Origin: Candidatus Woesearchaeota archaeon
GTDB taxonomy: Archaea > Nanobdellota > Nanobdellia > SCGC-AAA011-G17 > UBA489
Length of the DNA stretch: 33,785 nucleotides
Reading direction: 5' to 3'
Assembly (NCBI GenBank): GCA_964367575.1
Contig: CAYIYF010000001.1
Span: 1 to 33,785 of the forward strand
In this document: positions 6,319 through 14,443 of the stretch, piece after piece
How the letters are laid out: the number at the start of each line of letters is the position of its first letter
How positions within the stretch are numbered: position 1 is the first letter of the stretch
Program-made: the position numbers and the translations under genes
The notes under the pieces: model-generated
What the model saw: only the letters and a program-made list of their open reading frames with translations
What the model was told of the DNA's origin: nothing
Database searches by the model: none

Positions 6319-8433
6319 CTAAGGGCAAGGAGGGTCTGTATTTACACATTGACATTTTTCACAGGGCTGGTCATAACAATACTGATATTCATCTCCCTGA
6401 GCATCAGTGCATGTTTTACAACCTACAGGACAATCTTCTGTAGAAGAACATAGTCCAATGCCACTTATAGGCATATTATCGAGAGTTTCACAGGATATGC
6501 ACTCCCATGGGCCTGCCCCATTATTGCCTCCAATGCCTCCACAAACAGCATTGTCACCACAATCTTCATCACTGCAACATTGATTGCCAGTAAGTTGAAT
6601 ATTAGGATCGTTGCAGCCATACAATTGCCCTGCCCCTGTGCTATCACCAGCACCAACTCTAGGTGGCCTTGGACTCATACCAGGGGGAGGGGGCGCTGGG
6701 GGAATTATAGGGTTACCGCCAGGAGCTGCTGGAGATGTTGTATCTGGTGGAATTGGTTGACATATACAAGGTTGCGCAGATGATCCTGGAACTACTGGGC
6801 CAATTGTACAATAAAGATCTTCATTGGGCCATTTCACAATACCATCTTCTGGTTCTGCCTTAATACACTTTGTAAGAATGTTTGCTGGAGAATATTGTCC
6901 AGGTGCAACATCAACTATGCTCCTTTCGCATTCATCGAACTCTCCGCCCATGCCATTGCCACAAGCAAACTCATTGCTAGTTACAACTTTATTAACACCA
7001 AACTCAGGATTTTGCCATAATGTTGTGCTTTCAAAAACCATTTTTTCTTTTGGATCCCCGCACATATGCCCATTAAGTATACGCGCCTGATTAACATTAA
7101 GATTTTTATTGTTATTATCACAATTTTGAAGTACACACATTAATCCCTGAGAATCTTGATGATCTAAGCCCATAGAATGTGCAAGTTCGTGCGCTACAGT
7201 GAAACCAGTAGTATATGACTCTGGACAAACGCTTGAAGGATTTGTAAAAGAATTACTATCAAATACCATATACCCTTTAGTAGGCATAGTATAACCACAC
7301 TTAATAAAAATGGATGAATTGGATGAATTTGCTGCTACACCTATCAGGTCTACCAATAAAATCATCTCCTTATTATTTGGTTTTTTCATAAACGTATATG
7401 TAGGTGTAGATGGATGATATACTGGAATGCCATCCACAAAAATATCCTCAAACAGAGTTTGTTGTGATGTTTCAGTAAGCAGATTAATAATGCCCACAAT
7501 GTTGCCACCAGTATCTTTTATAGGAGTAAAAAGAGGGTGGGGAACATGAAGTTCATCTTCCCAGTAATCCAAAGGAAATCCAATGGCAATAACTTCATTA
7601 AAATCTTTATTAAATCCATGAAATTGGTCTTGTGTTAGCTCTGCATTAATATGATCAATTCCCTGCTCAAGCTTTTGCTTAAATGCGAGCCCTTTTTGAT
7701 AATTAAGATTCATCAAACTATCTAAATCATCGGCTGGATGAGTGCCATAAATACCACTATAATAAAAGAAAGGAACATATAACCTTCCCCTGTATGTTGA
7801 ACAAAAAGAACCTACCATGGTAGAACTAATAGTGTCCTTCTTATAATTATAATCTACAGAATAATCTAAAGAAGACTTTTTTTTCATATTAGAAAGATCA
7901 CTATATTTGAAGATGCCATTATTATTTTTGGCATCTCCCTTTATTTCAAAACTTGTTTTGATTGTTTTTTCCCATCTTGATGTTACAATGCGCGCCTCCA
8001 TGCTGTGCTTGCCAATATCTAAACCAATTGGAGGAATAATGTAACCAGTAGATATTATATAGGCACTAAAATATGGAATAACTTCCGGACTTGTCCTCAC
8101 AGTTTTACCATCCACCATAAGTTCAAACTCAAGAAGTTCAAAATAACTGTCATAAATAAGTATTTTAGCATCATAAAAAACATCGGAATATCCTCCAAAC
8201 TCACTGCCACCATCATTTCTTGGATCTAGAAATTCAACAATGACATCAGGTCCTTTCTGCGCACTTTCAAATGAATTCTGTGCGATATTCTTGGTGTTAA
8301 AAATGTTATTCCATTGAAAAAATTTTCCAGTAAGACCTATTGGCGTTATAGAAGAAGCAAAAAATGCCAAGATCAAAATCGCCCCTACAACTAAAAAGAA
8401 TCTTACCCCCCCACTATTTTTGACACCCCTCAT
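6319..8433 (-). CDS. secreted/anchored metzincin zinc protease (matrixin-like motif) with a Pro-rich linker and Cys-rich C-terminal module
   Basis: N-terminal hydrophobic segment VRFFLVVGAILILAFFASS. VAHELAHSMGLDHQDSQGLMC gives HExxHxxGxxH plus a following Met, close to the MMP consensus HEFGHSLGLDHS...ALM. Linker PPDTTSPAAPGGNPIIPPAPPPPGMSPRPP. The last ~100 aa carry more than 20 Cys. Confidence 0.75.
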   Translation of the reverse strand: MRGVKNSGGVRFFLVVGAILILAFFASSITPIGLTGKFFQWNNIFNTKNIAQNSFESAQKGPDVIVEFLDPRNDGGSEFGGYSDVFYDAKILIYDSYFELLEFELMVDGKTVRTSPEVIPYFSAYIISTGYIIPPIGLDIGKHSMEARIVTSRWEKTIKTSFEIKGDAKNNNGIFKYSDLSNMKKKSSLDYSVDYNYKKDTISSTMVGSFCSTYRGRLYVPFFYYSGIYGTHPADDLDSLMNLNYQKGLAFKQKLEQGIDHINAELTQDQFHGFNKDFNEVIAIGFPLDYWEDELHVPHPLFTPIKDTGGNIVGIINLLTETSQQTLFEDIFVDGIPVYHPSTPTYTFMKKPNNKEMILLVDLIGVAANSSNSSIFIKCGYTMPTKGYMVFDSNSFTNPSSVCPESYTTGFTVAHELAHSMGLDHQDSQGLMCVLQNCDNNNKNLNVNQARILNGHMCGDPKEKMVFESTTLWQNPEFGVNKVVTSNEFACGNGMGGEFDECERSIVDVAPGQYSPANILTKCIKAEPEDGIVKWPNEDLYCTIGPVVPGSSAQPCICQPIPPDTTSPAAPGGNPIIPPAPPPPGMSPRPPRVGAGDSTGAGQLYGCNDPNIQLTGNQCCSDEDCGDNAVCGGIGGNNGAGPWECISCETLDNMPISGIGLCSSTEDCPVGCKTCTDAQGDEYQYCYDQPCEKCQCVNTDPPCP

Positions 8434-8585
8434 ATTAAATTAAAATATTTATTTACTATTTAAAGACTTCTTTTTTAGAATGTTTTTGCTTGATAAGTGC
8501 ATCGAATAAAACTTCCGCAAGAAAGTTAATTTTAATTTATAAACCGGTTCAATTTGGAAACGGTATATATAACCCAAAAACCGGA

Positions 8586-8690
8586 TGAGCCGAGGAGGAT
8601 TTGAACCTCCGACCCATACCTTGTAAGGGTATTGCCATCTGCAGGGCCTCAAACATTGTCTTAAAGACCTAACCGCTAGGCCACCGGCTC
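8586..8690 (-). tRNA. tRNA-Val(UAC) with a 32-nt non-canonical intron in the D-loop (intron 8639..8670)
   Basis: Hand fold of the minus strand: acceptor GAGCCGG/TCGGCTC, anticodon arm ATACC-CTTACAA-GGTAT, T-arm GGAGG-TTCAAAT-CCTCC, discriminator A. Total 105 nt against 73 nt expected. BHB: central helix GCGG/CTGC, 3-nt bulges TTA and AGA, 6-bp inner helix GGTCTT/GAGGCC. The spliced product is 73 nt. Confidence 0.7.
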
Positions 8691-9410
8691 GAATTCTACT
8701 ACCTTGCCATCATAATAATCTCTTAAAAACCTTTCCATCTCTTTTGATCTTGGAACGTGGCCTGTAAGTGTAAAAACATCAAATTTGATGATATGCTTTT
8801 CATTTGAACTTCCAATTTTGTCAAAATAATTCTTGACATTATCAGCGCCATAAAAGAAGATAGCTTTCTTTGAGTGACTAAACTTCATTCCTAAGGCTAT
8901 GAATCCCTCAACTGCAGATTCTAGTAATGAAGGTATCTTTATTGTCAAATCAGTCATTATTTTCGCATTTGGATGTGGACAGACACTTCCATCAGTGTCG
9001 TGCATTCCTTTGAGGCATCGTTTGAGAAGTTTAGGATTAGAAAAAAAGTATTCAGGGATTGTTATCCGCGCTGCTTTTTTATTTCCTAAAGGAAAACCGC
9101 ATTTATACATAAACTTTACAATTTTACGATTATAGATGATACATCTCGTTACTCTTCCTTGAGTACCATAGCTTGGATAAATTTTTGGCGTAATTCTAAA
9201 CAATCTGTTAATTAATTGTGGAACATAGACAGTAATATACTCCTTATCGAGAAGAGCGTCTGAACTAATATTAAGGCCATTTCCGTTAGAATATAAACAA
9301 CCATCTCCTAGCATTATCCCATAGAATTCCGCAAAATCTTCGCTTTTAACATCAGGAAGAACTCCTTCGTTTTCCTTAAATGCACCATTATTATTACGAG
9401 AAAGTCCCAT
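8676..9410 (-). CDS. double-motif LAGLIDADG homing endonuclease, free-standing
   Basis: Two LAGLIDADG motifs: FYGIMLGDGCL and LKGMHDTDGSV. TATA-like TTTAAATA about 25 nt upstream of the ATG. The last five codons plus stop (GAGCCGGTGGCCTAG) are the first 15 nt of tRNA-Val. Confidence 0.8.
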   Translation of the reverse strand: MGLSRNNNGAFKENEGVLPDVKSEDFAEFYGIMLGDGCLYSNGNGLNISSDALLDKEYITVYVPQLINRLFRITPKIYPSYGTQGRVTRCIIYNRKIVKFMYKCGFPLGNKKAARITIPEYFFSNPKLLKRCLKGMHDTDGSVCPHPNAKIMTDLTIKIPSLLESAVEGFIALGMKFSHSKKAIFFYGADNVKNYFDKIGSSNEKHIIKFDVFTLTGHVPRSKEMERFLRDYYDGKVVEFEPVA

Positions 9411-9504
9411 TAACTTTTATTAAAAAGAATATTTAAATCACTTCCCCGCACACCCAGTAAGTGCGATAAGTGCCTTTTTATATTTGAAAAGTTAATATAT
9501 TATT

Positions 9505-9660
9505 ATGCTCTCCAAAAAAAGATGCCCCAAGTGCGGAAGCTCTGAAATAGATTTTTATGCCGGAGCCTTAACTGGGGTCTACCACTGCAAGAGATGTGGT
9601 TATGTAGGGGCCATAATCATTGAAGAGGACGACCCATTATCAAAAGAAAAAAGATACTAG
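9505..9660 (+). CDS. 51-aa zinc-ribbon mini-protein
   Basis: Hand translation: MLSKKRCPKCGSSEIDFYAGALTGVYHCKRCGYVGAIIIEEDDPLSKEKRY*, with CxxC...CxxC. Confidence 0.45.
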   Translation: MLSKKRCPKCGSSEIDFYAGALTGVYHCKRCGYVGAIIIEEDDPLSKEKRY

Positions 9661-9719
9661 ATGGCAAAAAGATCCAGAATAAGTGAAAAATATTTAAACA
9701 AACCAATCAAAGTTTTTTA

Positions 9720-10727
9720 ATGCTCATAAAAAAAGTAGACAGAGATCTTGCAAGAATTGTAAAAAAGATAGGCAACTCTCATTTCAACCCAATAAATGCA
9801 AAAGATGAGATGATTAAAACATTTAATGATAATAATTACAATCCAAAACTCAAGTACCTTCCTCAAAATAAGAACATTGAAAGTATTGATAAAAAATTGC
9901 TTGCACTAAGAACTGACAATAGTGTTTTTGGAATGCTTTTGAAGAAAAAAATAATTGAACTGCATAACATATTTCTTATGATCAAGAACACTGGAAAAGA
10001 AGGATTTACTGAATACTCGATAAAAGTCTATGGAGCACCAAAACCAGAACTAGTAAATGAAGCTAGAAAAATATTAAAAATAGATGAAGAAGAGGTGTGG
10101 ACAAAATACTCAAGACTTTCAATGACAAAAGCTTTTTCTGACCATTTCAAAATAAATAAACTTGACTGGAAAATAAAAGAAAAGGAGATGGTTGCTGGTG
10201 CTGCAATTGATTCAAAAAGAAAATCGTTGATAATAAACAAGAATAAGGATTTCAGCGAAAATGATGTCAAAAGACTTATGATCCATGAGATAGGAACACA
10301 TGTGACAAGGTTTGAAAATGGAAAAAAGCAAAAACACAAGATGTTTTCCTTTGGCTTTCCAGGATATCTTGATACTGAAGAGGGGCTTGCTGCCTACAAT
10401 GAATATCGTGCAGGACTGCTTTCTCCGAAGATATTAAGGATGTATGCCGGAAGAGTTCTAGCAAATGACATGGCATTAAAAAGCAGCTTCAGTGTGGTAT
10501 ATAATACTCTGCTTGAACACTTTACAAGGTATGATGCGTGGACATTGGCATTAAGATCAAAAAGAGGTTTAAGTGATACCTCAAAGAAAGGAGGGTTTAC
10601 AAAAGATCATCTTTACCTGAAAGGATTTTTAAAAGTCAAGGACTTTGCTGAGAAAGGCGGGGATATGAAGAAGCTTTATACTGGAAAAATTGGTGTTGAA
10701 CATGTTCCTTATCTAGAGGATATTTGA
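9720..10727 (+). CDS. DUF1704-family (QEGLA-motif, tyrosine/phenylalanine carboxypeptidase-like) metalloprotein
   Basis: LMIHEIGTHVTRFENG (HExxH) followed by TEEGLAAYNE (the family's xEGLA motif). Confidence 0.55.
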   Translation: MLIKKVDRDLARIVKKIGNSHFNPINAKDEMIKTFNDNNYNPKLKYLPQNKNIESIDKKLLALRTDNSVFGMLLKKKIIELHNIFLMIKNTGKEGFTEYSIKVYGAPKPELVNEARKILKIDEEEVWTKYSRLSMTKAFSDHFKINKLDWKIKEKEMVAGAAIDSKRKSLIINKNKDFSENDVKRLMIHEIGTHVTRFENGKKQKHKMFSFGFPGYLDTEEGLAAYNEYRAGLLSPKILRMYAGRVLANDMALKSSFSVVYNTLLEHFTRYDAWTLALRSKRGLSDTSKKGGFTKDHLYLKGFLKVKDFAEKGGDMKKLYTGKIGVEHVPYLEDI

Positions 10728-10765
10728 AGATTTTAAATTATAGATAAAAAGTGTAATAATAAAAA

Positions 10766-11668
10766 ATGAGATTTAAAGAAAATTTTGTTGAAAAGTACAG
10801 CAAGCTTATTGACTTTGAGGCTTACAAAGATTCTGTTTTGCATAGATATGCCAGGCAGAGCATACGCATTAACACCATCAAATGCTCTGTCAATGAAGCT
10901 GTAAAGAATCTGCAAAAAGACGGCTGGATACTTGAAGAAGTTCCTTGGTGCAAAGAAGGATTTTTCATTGAGCATGAATCTGGAAGAAGAGATCTAGGAA
11001 CTACTGATCAACATAAGAATGGAATGTTTTTTTCCCAAGGAGCTCCTAGCATGATACCTGCACAATTGCTTGATGTTGATTCTCATTCTGTCGTTCTTGA
11101 TATGTGTGCTGCTCCTGGTGGGAAGACCAATCATATTGCCTGTCTGATGCATAACAAAGGCAAGATTGTTGCAAATGATGCAAATGGTTTTAGGGAAAGA
11201 ATATTGAAGATTAATATGGAAAGATGTGGCGTGAAGAATGTTGTTTACACGAAAGAAAAAGCAGAGGATTATTTTTGCAGAGAAGAATTTGATGCTATCC
11301 TTATTGATGCACCTTGCACAGGAAGCGGATTAATCAAAGGCAATATTGCAAGAACAAAGAAATTACTGAAAGAATGGAATCCGAACATGATTAAAAAATA
11401 TGCTAGAATGCAACGAAAAATGCTTGAAAAAGCATACAGTTGCCTGAAAAATGGAGGAAGAATGGTTTATGCAACCTGCAGCATTGAACCTGAAGAAGAT
11501 GAAATCGTTATTGATGCATTTTTAAAAGATCATAAAGACTGCAAGAATGTAACACCAAGAAAAATAAACAATTATGAAATAAAAAGCAGCCTAAAAAATT
11601 ATCTGAAGATATGGCCACATTATTATGACACTAATGGTTTGTTTATTGCTGCTCTTGAGAAGAAATAA
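10766..11668 (+). CDS. NOL1/NOP2/Sun-family RNA cytosine-C5 methyltransferase
   Basis: SAM-binding site VLDMCAAPGGKT. Catalytic Cys motifs ILIDAPCTGSG and MVYATCS. Confidence 0.85.
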   Translation: MRFKENFVEKYSKLIDFEAYKDSVLHRYARQSIRINTIKCSVNEAVKNLQKDGWILEEVPWCKEGFFIEHESGRRDLGTTDQHKNGMFFSQGAPSMIPAQLLDVDSHSVVLDMCAAPGGKTNHIACLMHNKGKIVANDANGFRERILKINMERCGVKNVVYTKEKAEDYFCREEFDAILIDAPCTGSGLIKGNIARTKKLLKEWNPNMIKKYARMQRKMLEKAYSCLKNGGRMVYATCSIEPEEDEIVIDAFLKDHKDCKNVTPRKINNYEIKSSLKNYLKIWPHYYDTNGLFIAALEKK

Positions 11669-11774
11669 TATATGCTCTTCTAAACAAATTTTCGTCCTTA
11701 TTTAATAATTATCAAGCTATATAAACAAAAAATTAGCCGGAATGTTTATTAAGAGAGGATTAGCAATTCTGTCG

Positions 11775-12335
11775 ATGAGAAAAACAGTTAGCGTGATGAT
11801 TACTGGATTATTGATATCTTTATTTTTAATACCTGGCGTAATTGGAATACCCACTACAATAGGACAATCAAGTGGACAAAGTAATCTAATTGTTAATAAC
11901 GATGTTTTAAATCCTATTCGCATACTTTTCGAAGAAATAGAAAATCTATGGAATGAAATCGCTGCACTTAGCTTAAGAATGAGTGGAATGCAAACACAAA
12001 TTAATCAAATGCCTATAGTAAAACATGTAGCAAAAACAAATGAACCATGTATAGATGACCCAGATATTGGGCCTGTTGGATGGTGCCCGGAGACAGGCAG
12101 CTATTATTACACAATTGAAGAACCAGATTACACAATAGACTCATTTGTAGATGTTGAAGTGATAAACCCATTTGACGATGAGCTTGTGATTGCAAAAGTT
12201 TCAGAGTGCTCAATGACAGCAATTGTGAAAAATTCTGATGGAGTGCCGCATATAAGATTTGCATGCCAGGCAATACCTTTAGAAAATGCCCAATTGTCAT
12301 ACATATTGGTTAAATCCAATAGTTTTCCTGCTTAA
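11775..12335 (+). CDS. secreted hypothetical protein
   Basis: Track ORF 11742..12335. The ATG at 11775 gives MRKTVSVMITGLLISLFLIPGVIG, a signal-peptide-like N-terminus. No family recognised. Confidence 0.4.
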   Translation: MRKTVSVMITGLLISLFLIPGVIGIPTTIGQSSGQSNLIVNNDVLNPIRILFEEIENLWNEIAALSLRMSGMQTQINQMPIVKHVAKTNEPCIDDPDIGPVGWCPETGSYYYTIEEPDYTIDSFVDVEVINPFDDELVIAKVSECSMTAIVKNSDGVPHIRFACQAIPLENAQLSYILVKSNSFPA

Positions 12336-12337
12336 TT

Positions 12338-12799
12338 TTATCTTTCCCAGAAATAAACCCTGAATAATTTTGAGTTACTTGATGCTAACATGACACTTTC
12401 TACATAGACTGATTTGTCTACTGGAAGATCTTCATCAAGACAGGATTCAGCCTTGTTACAAACCTCTGCAAGGTAAACATAACCATTAGGCCTGTGAATT
12501 TCTATAAAGCTGTTTATATCTGAAGCACATTGTGTTGTTACTGTCGTTCCAAGATAAGTGCCTTCTGCATTGTTCAACGCTCCTTCTGTTGTTATTTTAT
12601 TTGTAATGCAATCTCTAAATTCATTGTTAAAAAGAACTTCTGAGAATATTGCAACATGCGCCTGTTCAATAATATTTGGTTTTTCATTGTCTAATCTTAT
12701 TTTTGGAGTTATAACATAAATAAAAGAAAGCAGAATGATTATTGCAATCACTGCTTCAAGTGTCCTTATGAAACCTTTTTTACTTTTCATCTTCACCAT
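12338..12799 (-). CDS. class III signal-peptide (type IV pilin-like) protein
   Basis: MVKMKSKKGFIRTLEAVIAIIILLSFIYVI: basic head, Gly, then a hydrophobic helix containing Glu, as in prepilins. Last gene of the pilus operon. Confidence 0.55.
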   Translation of the reverse strand: MVKMKSKKGFIRTLEAVIAIIILLSFIYVITPKIRLDNEKPNIIEQAHVAIFSEVLFNNEFRDCITNKITTEGALNNAEGTYLGTTVTTQCASDINSFIEIHRPNGYVYLAEVCNKAESCLDEDLPVDKSVYVESVMLASSNSKLFRVYFWER

Positions 12800-13584
12800 A
12801 CTTTTATGTTAATCTTTGCAGGAGTTCTTGATGCATCTTGGTTTAATATTGGTATTGAGAGCTCCTTGACAAATATGTTTAGGCTTTCAGGAAGTGGATA
12901 GCCTGGTTTTATTAAATCTATCTGGCTTGACCCGTTTAAATAGTCAAGACTGACTGAGAAGTCCCTAGTTTCTGGGAAGTTCCAGTCATTTTTCTTTTGT
13001 GAATAAGACACGATTGGATTTAATGAGAGCATTAACAAATTGGACTCTTTTAATCCAGAGAAAATCTCCTTGGCCACAACTAAATAATCACATACTGCAT
13101 TGCCTCCCGGAGGAACGCATTTAACTGTGATATTAACATCTTTTATTGCTGCTGTTTCATCATTCTCCATTGCAGTTAAATAAATACCTGCAACGAGCTC
13201 AGAGGATGATGAGGTAACGGTCTTACATTGAGAATTTGCTTTACATGCTATCTTTATTTTACCAGGATTTATATCGACATTGATGTTTAATAATGTTAAA
13301 TTTTGTGGAGAGTAATAGGAAACAAAATCCCATTTTGCCGGTTGCTCCTGCACTGCCTCTATAATGAATGTGCTGTCCGATATCTTTCTAACTGCTATAG
13401 GGACACTTATTGAAGACCATGTGTTTTCTGCAATAAAGTTTGATTCGACAATGCTAATCAGATTTTGAGATTCAAATGCTGGAGCAACTCCTGGTCTGAG
13501 AAAGGCGAAAATCATCATTACAACTATTATAAATAAGCTGAAGCTTATTATCCAATCAATGTAACCAATACCATTCTTGTACAA
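12793..13584 (-). CDS. pilin-like/minor pilus component with an N-terminal hydrophobic helix
   Basis: MYKNGIGYIDWIISFSLFIIVVMMIFAFL. Overlaps the next gene by 7 nt. Assignment rests on operon context. Confidence 0.4.
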   Translation of the reverse strand: MYKNGIGYIDWIISFSLFIIVVMMIFAFLRPGVAPAFESQNLISIVESNFIAENTWSSISVPIAVRKISDSTFIIEAVQEQPAKWDFVSYYSPQNLTLLNINVDINPGKIKIACKANSQCKTVTSSSSELVAGIYLTAMENDETAAIKDVNITVKCVPPGGNAVCDYLVVAKEIFSGLKESNLLMLSLNPIVSYSQKKNDWNFPETRDFSVSLDYLNGSSQIDLIKPGYPLPESLNIFVKELSIPILNQDASRTPAKINIKVW

Positions 13585-14442
13585 TCAAATCCCTCCTTTA
13601 AATATCGTGATAAGAAGTGCTGCTGAAATCATCATTACCAGAGAATGAAGCAAGCCAGTCTTTATTGTGCCCTCAGAAAATTTTCCTATCATTATTCCTG
13701 CAAAAAAACCTTGCACCATGATAAGGGAAAAAAATATTGGGCCCATATCAAATATTGCACCACTGCCAGGAAGACCAAGGCCCGCTATGCCTACAGAACC
13801 TGCTTTCAGAGATGATATAGAAGTTGTATTTGTAAGCTGTGGAAAAAGCCACAAATCCAATGCAAGCATTATCCCTATGAAAACATAATATATTATGTAA
13901 CCTTGAACTACCTCTGAATGTATCATTGCCTTGCGCTCTTCACGCATTTTCTTTATGTTAACAACTGAATCAACAACTGATGAAAGGATGTCTGTTATAT
14001 CTCCCCCTGATTGTTCTGCCTCTATGATTATTGAAACAGATCTTTTTATCACTTTATTATCAGTGTCTAAAGCAAATGTTTGAAGTGCTTTTCTTGTTGG
14101 AATTCCCCATTCAATCTGGTGAGCGAGCTTTTGCACATATGGATTAAGCTCTGCATAATCTTTTCTTGATGCATTTCTTATTGAGCTCGGAATTGAGACT
14201 CCTGATTTTATGGATTCTGTAAGGTTTCTTATGAAATTCAAAAACATTACTTCTATTTCCTTCTGCCTTTTTATTTCAGAGAAGAAGTCCACCCAGAAGT
14301 GAATGCTCATTATCAAAAATGAAATTATTATTATCGGCATGAAGATCCTTGTAGCCATCAAGTAGTAAACATCAAGATATGCTGTTATCAAGCCAATTAT
14401 TATGCTTAAAAGATATATTGCCTTGAATTTTATTCTTGTCAT
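13585..14442 (-). CDS. T2SS-F domain platform protein (TadC/FlaJ-like half)
   Basis: Polytopic membrane protein. The cytoplasmic domain ...IKSGVSIPSSIRNA...ALQTFA...IIEAEQSGGDITDIL... is typical of GspF/TadC/FlaJ. Confidence 0.7.
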   Translation of the reverse strand: MTRIKFKAIYLLSIIIGLITAYLDVYYLMATRIFMPIIIISFLIMSIHFWVDFFSEIKRQKEIEVMFLNFIRNLTESIKSGVSIPSSIRNASRKDYAELNPYVQKLAHQIEWGIPTRKALQTFALDTDNKVIKRSVSIIIEAEQSGGDITDILSSVVDSVVNIKKMREERKAMIHSEVVQGYIIYYVFIGIMLALDLWLFPQLTNTTSISSLKAGSVGIAGLGLPGSGAIFDMGPIFFSLIMVQGFFAGIMIGKFSEGTIKTGLLHSLVMMISAALLITIFKGGI

Positions 14443-14443
14443 T

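Noticed and set aside
6465-7090. Several 60-90-aa ORFs on both strands inside the metzincin gene; the same type occurs at 836..1588, 3375..3680, 16045..16560, 17969..18475, 24141..24824, 28685..29104, 29294..30743, 31176..32223 and 33011..33454
   Set aside because: All are embedded in, or antisense to, longer ORFs with clear family signatures, and they have biased shadow-frame composition.
8449-8652. 67-aa minus-strand ORF running through tRNA-Val; considered as an SSV-type int(N) fragment created by integration
   Set aside because: It overlaps the tRNA body, has no integrase-like motif, and no int(C) partner exists at the other repeat (5089 onward). Treated as spurious.
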